From Eutreptiella sp. 'Long Island Sound 2002' (Eukaryota > Protista > Euglenida): 64,000 nt of DNA. The translations under genes were made by a program, and so were the position numbers. Within the stretch, counting starts at the first letter, position 1; each line of letters starts with the position of its first letter. The notes under the pieces are model-generated. The model did not search any database. It was not told the DNA's origin and saw nothing but the letters and a program-made list of their open reading frames with translations. This document shows, in pieces, positions 52,030 through 64,000 of this stretch. The DNA is taken from NCBI GenBank assembly GCA_964036045.1, contig OZ038378.1, positions 184,636,001 to 184,700,000 of the forward strand, written 5' to 3'.

Positions 52030-53212
52030 TGCACGTCAGATTAGAGGACCAGCCTTGAACCAAACGGGCTCACCAAACTGTACACCAGCGTACTTGGCCA
52101 ACAACCCAAGGGTCAAGCAGCCCAAGGTACCCTACATAGCCCAACGAGCGTGGATCAACTCAGCCTCACGATAGACAGCGGGGGCGCTGTGGTTGGAAGC
52201 TAGACCAACGCCACCCGAGCCGCAGTCACCAGGGTACTCACCAGTCAAACTGACGGCCACTCCCGGGGATCTGCCCCCCACTGTATCCCCCCCTCGGGGT
52301 CCCGTTCCCCCTTCCCCTTCCTATTCCACCCTTGCGGGGGGGGGGTCGGTCTTGAATGGCATTCAAAACAGGGGTTTCTCAAATTTTGGGCTAAAAACTC
52401 GCCCATGGGGCCTGAGTTCGTCATCAACGGATCTCAAATTTCTGGAGCAGCGGTGCATTCTTTGTTACAACTACTTTCACCAAGTTGTGCTGTCAGGGCC
52501 TGCTGTACTTTAATGTACTGCGCTCTGGCCCCGCCAAAAAATTGCAGTTTCCAACATTTACAAGTGCGAGGAAGTAGCTCCAAAATCAACCTCCCCTCGG
52601 GTAGGCAACAGAGAATGGGGCCTTCCACTTGTTGTGCTCGTGGCCAATACCAGGCGGCCAGCATGGCAGAGACACGTGCAGAGGCCGCAGGGGCAGCCTT
52701 GCGGCCAAAAGCAGCGTACATGGCCACAGAGCTGTGGGTGCATTGTGTCACGTGGACACAAGTCATAACGTTCACGGCGAATGGATCCGCAAAGTGGGAG
52801 GCCCAGTTCTCAACGGGACCCTCACCAGACACAATGACCTACACGTTGGAGCCGAACATGGAGAACGTGGCCAACCGACAGTTTTTCACCTCCAACCCTG
52901 CATAGGTTTCAGGGTCGGTGAAGCAAGTCCAAATCCTCTCCAAGAGGACCACTATTCACACGGTAGGCTTCAACGGCGCTCATCTACACAACTTGGCAGG
53001 CCAAGATGGCAAGGATGGACGGGCGACCACCAATATGAAGCTGCTAAGGTTGTCCCAACCGCCCTTAGAGAAGATCGGAGCACCAACCTTGAACCAAGCA
53101 AGCTTGCCAAACTGCACACTAGCGTACTTGGCCAACAACTTAGGCGTCAAGCAGCTCAAGGTACCCAACATAGCCCAACGAGCGTGGATCGACTCGGCCT
53201 CACCCGATCCCT
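52030..53212 (-). pseudogene. lhcbm: Light-harvesting complex II (Lhcbm-type) polyprotein pseudogene: two partial units joined by the euglenid linker
   Basis: Unit A reads EAESIHARWAMLGTL...QFG..WFK.G..IFS.GG...SILAILACQVV*M.AVEAYRVNSGPLGEDLD...DPET..LEVKNCRLA.FSMFG...GEGPVENWASHFADPFAVN, then the linker-like SSVAMYAAFGRK. Unit B reads LTGEYPGD...YREAELIHARWAM*GTLGCLT...YAGVQFGEPVWFKAG. Stops, frameshifts and deletions are present. Confidence 0.93.
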
Positions 53213-53335
53213 CCAAAACACATTTTTTTTAACTCCCCACCCCAAAAATAGGGGGTGGTCCCCTAACCCCAACCCAAAGCGCTCCCGGTACTAGGTGTAG
53301 GGGGGGGGGAGAACCCATGATGGCCGTGTAAATAT
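53212..53335. mobile_element. Solo right-TIR fragment of the long-TIR element family
   Basis: Homologous to 63040-63157 (AAAACA..TTTTTT...CCCCAAAATAGGGG...CCCTAACC...G-run...ATGG). Confidence 0.6.
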
Positions 53336-53345
53336 GTATATATAT

Positions 53346-54528
53346 CCTCTAATCTACACCCCTCTCCCCAACTCTAGGTGGCTCCACAATACGGCTCTAA
53401 GGTACATGCGAAGGGTACAACTTGGTGCATACATGTGGCAGAAGGGGCTGAACTAGGTCAAAACGGGCTCAAAATGGGCTCATTTCACTTGTTTGTGCAC
53501 CCCGAATGGTCCCAGATCACTTTTGGAAAACCATGTTTTTGACCCATTTTTCACCCCTTTTTGCTCCCTAAATGGCCCATTTTCAAGGCATTTTGGGATT
53601 TTCCATGGGCCAAAACGTGTCACTACGGGCTCCAAACGGTCCAAAACACTTGTTTGAGCATCCCAAATGGTCCAGGATCAGTTTTGGAAAAATGCATTTT
53701 TGACCCATTTTTGACCCATTTTTGTTTCGAAAACATCCCATTTGCAAGGCATTTTGGGATTTTCCATGGGCCAAAACGCGTCACCACGGGCTCCAAACGG
53801 GCTAAAAACACTTGTTTGAGCATCCGAAATGGTTTGGGACCAACTTTGGAAAAACCATTTTTTTCGCCCCGGGGACCCCGGTGGACCCACCGTTGGCCCC
53901 CACCGTGCGCGGGCTGCGCTGCCCTCTGGTTCCACCAAGTGACCACTGGTACGGGGGTCTAGGTGTCTCGTTGGGGGAATTTGAGGCTTGGAAACCACAA
54001 AAAGTGGGGGGCTTGTGGGGGGAATAGGTGCCCTCGGAGTGCGGTTTTGAGCCACGTAGCCCAAGATACGACCCGTTCTCCGTTTTGGTGCTTGTTGACA
54101 CAAAGTGCGCGTAATCTGGGCCATTTTTGGCCAGTTTTTGGCTGTTTCTCGGACATATCGTGGAGTTAGGGGGCAACGAAGAGCTCTTTGTCACGGGGCA
54201 ATCGAGGCGCACGTGGAGTGTTTGCAATCGTTTCCCTTTGTTTGGCTGTCCCGAGTGGGTTTCGGGGCCGTTTTGGGCCAAAAAAGGCTCTTTTGGGGCA
54301 CAAAGTGCGCAATTTTTGGAAGGCACCTCCAGACTTGCCGCCCCCGCCCCGGGGCGCCACCAGTGAGTTTTTGGCTCAAAACTTGGATTTGGCAAGGGCA
54401 CAACTGAGGGAATAGGATGGCTGGATTAGGGAAGGATCCGAGGCATTGGGACGGAGTAGCAGCCAAAATGGAGGTGTGACGTGCTTGCTTGCTTGTTAGC
54501 TAGATTTAAGGGGAGAGGGGTGTAGTAA
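53346..54528 (+). mobile_element. (TA)n-anchored TIR element, copy 1
   Basis: Starts CCTCTAATCTACACCCCTCTCCCC and ends GGAGAGGGGGTGTAGTAA, with TA-rich flanks. Confidence 0.85.
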
Positions 54529-54533
54529 TATAT

Positions 54534-55905
54534 CCTCTAATCTGCACCCCTCTCCCCAACTCTACAGGGCTTCACAATACGGCTCTAAGGTACGTGCGAA
54601 GGGTACAACTTGGTGCATACATGCGGCGAAACTGGCTACACTTGGTCAAAAAGGGCTTCAAATGGGCCATTTTTAAGGCTTTTGGGACCTTAGAGGGGCC
54701 AAAAAAAGGCTCAAATTGGGCTCAAAATGGGCTCATTTCACTTGCTTGTGCACCCTAGCTGGTCCACGATCACTTTTGGGAAAACACGTTTTTGACCCAT
54801 TTTTCACCCATTTTTGGTCGCGAAACGGCCCATATTCAAGGCACTGTGGGGTTTTCCATGGCTCGAAGCGTGTCATCATGGGCTCAAAACGGGCTAAAAA
54901 CACTTGTTTGAGCATCCCAAATGGTCCAGGATCAGCTTTGGAAAAACACGTTTTTGACCCATTTTTCACCCATGTTCGGTCTCAAAATGGCCCATTTTGA
55001 AGGCATTTTGGGATTTTCCATGGGCGAAAAATGCATCACCACAGGCTCAAAACGGGCTCAAAACACTTTGGAAAAACACGTTTTTGACCCATTTTTTACC
55101 CATTTTTGGTCCCAAAACGGCCCATTTTCAAGGCATTTTGGCATTTTCCATGGCCAAAGCGCGTCACCACGGACTCAAAATGGGAGAAAAACACTTGTTT
55201 GAGCATCCCAAGTGGTCGAGGAACAACTTTGGCAAAAATCCTTATTGTCTCCCTGGGGACCGTAGTGGACCCACCGTTGGCCCCCACTGTGCACAGCCCA
55301 AGCTGCCCTCCGGGTCCACCAAGTGACCACTGGTATGGGGGTATAGGCGTCTCGTTGGGTGATTTTGAGGCTTGTACACCACAAAAAGTGAGGGGTTGCG
55401 GGTGGACTAGGTACCCTCGGAATTTTTGAGCCACGTAGCCCAAGACACGGCCCGTTCTTGGGTTTGGGGCGGTTTGACACAAACAGCGCGCATTCTTGGC
55501 CATTTTTGGCCTTTTTTCGGCCGTTCCTCGGACGTATCGTGGAGTTAGAGGGCAACAAGGGGCTCTTTGTCACAGGGCAATCAAGGCACACATGGAGTGT
55601 AGCCACCGTTTCCCTCCGTTTGTCCGTTTTGGTTGGGGTTCAGGGCAGTTTTCGGCCAAAAAAGGCTGTTTTGGGGCACAAAAGGCGCAGTTTTGGGAGG
55701 GCACCTCCCGACTTGGCGCCTCTACCCCGGGGCAGCACCGACTTTTGGCTCAAAACTTGGATTTGGCAAGGCCACCACCTAGGCTCTAGGATAGCTAGAG
55801 TAGAGTAGAGCCTGAAGCGGTGGAACGGAGTAATGGCCAAAACGGAAAGGAGAAGTGTTGCTTGCTTGCTTGTTAGCTAGATTTAAAGGGAGACGGGTGT
55901 AGTAA
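54534..55905 (+). mobile_element. (TA)n-anchored TIR element, copy 2
   Basis: Same termini, with an internal duplication of the TTTTTGACCCATTTTT module; followed by (CT)n at 55906-55990. Confidence 0.85.
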
Positions 55906-55918
55906 TCTCTCTCTCTCT

Positions 55919-55990
<72 letters not shown>

Positions 55991-55994
<4 letters not shown>

Positions 55995-57020
55995 TAGACC
56001 CGTCTCCCCAACTCTAGATGGCTTCACAATACGGCTCTAAGGTACATGCGAAGGGTACAACTTGGTGCATACATGTGGCAGAAGGGGCTGAACTAGGTCA
56101 AAACGGGCTCAAAATGGGCTCATTTCACTTGTTTGTGCACCCCGAATGGTCCCAGATCACTTTTGGAAAACCATGTTTTTGACCCATTTTTCACCCCTTT
56201 TTGCTCCCTAAATGGCCCATTTTCAAGGCATTTTGGGATTTTCCATGGGCCAAAACGTGTCACTACGGGCTCCAAACGGTCCAAAACACTTGTTTGAGCA
56301 TCCCAAATGGTCCAGGATCAGTTTTGGAAAAATGCATTTTTGACCCATTTTTGACCCATTTTTGTTTCGAAAACATCCCATTTGCAAGGCATTTTGGGAT
56401 TTTCCATGGGCCAAAACGCGTCACCACGGGCTCCAAACGGGCCAAAAACACTTGTTTGAGCATGCGAAGTGGTCTAGGATCAGTTTTGGAAAAAACCATT
56501 TTTTTCGCCCCAAGGGCCACGGTGGACCCACCGTTGGCCCCCACCGTGTGCGGCTCGGGCTGCCCTCCGGTTCCACCAAATGACCATTGGCACGGGGGTC
56601 TAGGTGTCTCGTTGGGGGAATCTGAGGCTTGGAAAACGACAAAAAGCAGGGGGTTGCGGGTGGAATAGGTGCCCTCGGAATGCGGTTTTGAGCCACGTAG
56701 CCCAAGATACGGCCCGTTCTTGGTTTTGGTTTTGTTGACACACAGTGTGCGCAATCGGGGCCATTTTTGGCCAGTTTTTGGCTGTTTCTCAGGCGTATCG
56801 TGGAGTTAGATGGCATGAAAGGGCTCTTTGTCACGGGGCAATCAAGCTGTACTTGAAGTGTAGCTTGAAGTGTAGCAGTTGTTTCCCTTCGTTTGGCCGT
56901 TTTGACCGGGTTCTAGTGCCGTCTTGGGTAAAAAATGCCCGTTTTTGGCAAAAATGGCGTAGATTTGGGAGGGCACCTCCCGACTTGGCCTACGCCCTGC
57001 GGGGCCACCGGTGAGTTGGC
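55991..57020 (+). mobile_element. (TA)n-anchored TIR element, copy 3 (3'-truncated)
   Basis: Left part nearly identical to copy 1; breaks at GGTGAGTTGGCTC into unrelated sequence. Confidence 0.85.
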
Positions 57021-57313
57021 TCTACAATATGCCGGTGGTGTCTACCGTAGTAGCCCGCGTCGAGGCGACAGTGTCTACATGGGGCAGACAGTGTCTACAG
57101 ACTACAGACCGCAATTCCCATGGTCGGCGGGTAAACGGGTGAGGTATCCGGGTAAATGGAGTGGCATACGGTGGTAAAACATCATATTCTTGCATTTTGG
57201 GGGCCTTCGGCCCCACACGGGGCCCTTCGGGCCCGGCCCGGGGGGTCCTTCGAACCCCCATGGGGGGGGCAAACCCGGGGGGGGGGGGCAAACCCGGAGG
57301 CGGGGGCCCAAAG

Positions 57314-63157
<5,844 letters not shown>

Positions 63158-63162
63158 ATATA

Positions 63163-64000
63163 TTACTACACCCCTCTCCCCTTAAATCTAGCTAACAAGC
63201 AACAAGCAACAAGCAAGCAACAACAACAAGCAACAAGCACTTCTCCTTTCCGTTTTGGCCATTGCTCCGCCTCATCGCTCCGGGCTCTACTCTACTCTAG
63301 CCATCCTAGAGCCTAGGTGGTGGCCTTGCCAAATCCAAGTTTACAGCCAAAAACTCAGCGGTGGCGCCACGGGGCGGGGGCGCCAAGTCGGGAGGTGCCC
63401 TCCCAAATCTGCGCATTTTGTGTCCCAAAACAGCCTTTTTTGGCCCAAAACGGCCCCCAAACCCAGTCAAAACGGACAAACGGAGGGAAACGGTGGCTAC
63501 ACTCCACGTGCGGCTTGACTTCACCGTGTCAAAGAGCCCTCTAGTGCCCTTCAACTCCACGATATGTCCGAGAAACGGCCCAAAAAGGCGCCAAAAAGCC
63601 CCAAAATCTGCGCCATGTGCACCAACAGCCCGAAACCAAGAACAGGCCGTATCTTGGGCTACGTGGCTCAAAATCCGATTCCGAGGGCACCTAGTCCACC
63701 CGCAAGCCCCCACTTTTTGTGGTTTCCAAGCCTCAGAATCGCCCAACGAGCCACCTAGACCCCCGTACCAGTGGTCACTTGGTGGAGCCGGAGGGCAGCA
63801 CAGCCCGCGCACAGTTGGGGCCAACGGTGGGTCCACCAGGGTCCCCGGGGCGAAAAAAATCATTTTTTTCAAAGTTGTTCCTAGACCACTTGGGATGCTC
63901 AAACAAGTGTTTTTAGCCCGTTTTGAGCCCATGATGACACGCTTCGAGCCATGGAAAACCCCACAGTGCCTTGAAAATGGGCTGTTTCAAGACCAAAAAT
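63163..64000 (-). mobile_element. (TA)n-anchored TIR element, copy 7 (inverted, runs off the window)
   Basis: Begins TTACTACACCCCTCTCCCCTTAAATCTAG and is very similar to copy 4. Confidence 0.88.

Noticed and set aside
52405-53232. Plus-strand ORFs as a duplicated viral capsid-like protein
   Set aside because: They are the antisense shadow of the LHCII pseudogene units.

Overview
Eukaryotic, repeat-rich genomic DNA from a photosynthetic euglenid. The evidence for that is a decayed LHCII polyprotein with the euglenid inter-unit linker; a Eutreptiella-like host is my inference from the repeat families, not verified. Two intron-containing genes sit head-to-head. A PTB/hnRNP-L-like RNA-binding protein gene is on the minus strand (ATG 7483, 4 clear exons, 3' end unresolved). 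A PTEN gene spanning about 40 kb is on the plus strand (ATG 10999). I assembled it by hand from about 17 small exons (28-145 nt), which the ORF track does not show. Its first four exons match human PTEN exons 1-4 exactly in size and phase (79/85/45/44 nt), and its HCKAGKGRT active site is intact. After the C2 domain the reading frame appears to continue into a USP7/UBP12-type ubiquitin-like module, the most interesting signal here; this depends on one splice junction that is off by a single nucleotide. The introns are filled with transposon remnants (RNase H retroelement, hAT, CACTA-like, piggyBac-like), TIR/foldback elements, mini- and microsatellites and a tRNA-like sequence. The last 12 kb hold an LHCII polyprotein pseudogene and a cluster of at least 7 copies of a (TA)n-anchored element with 16-bp inverted ends, plus a long-TIR MITE. 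No rRNA, SL-RNA or CRISPR array was found, and most long ORFs in the track are repeat artefacts.
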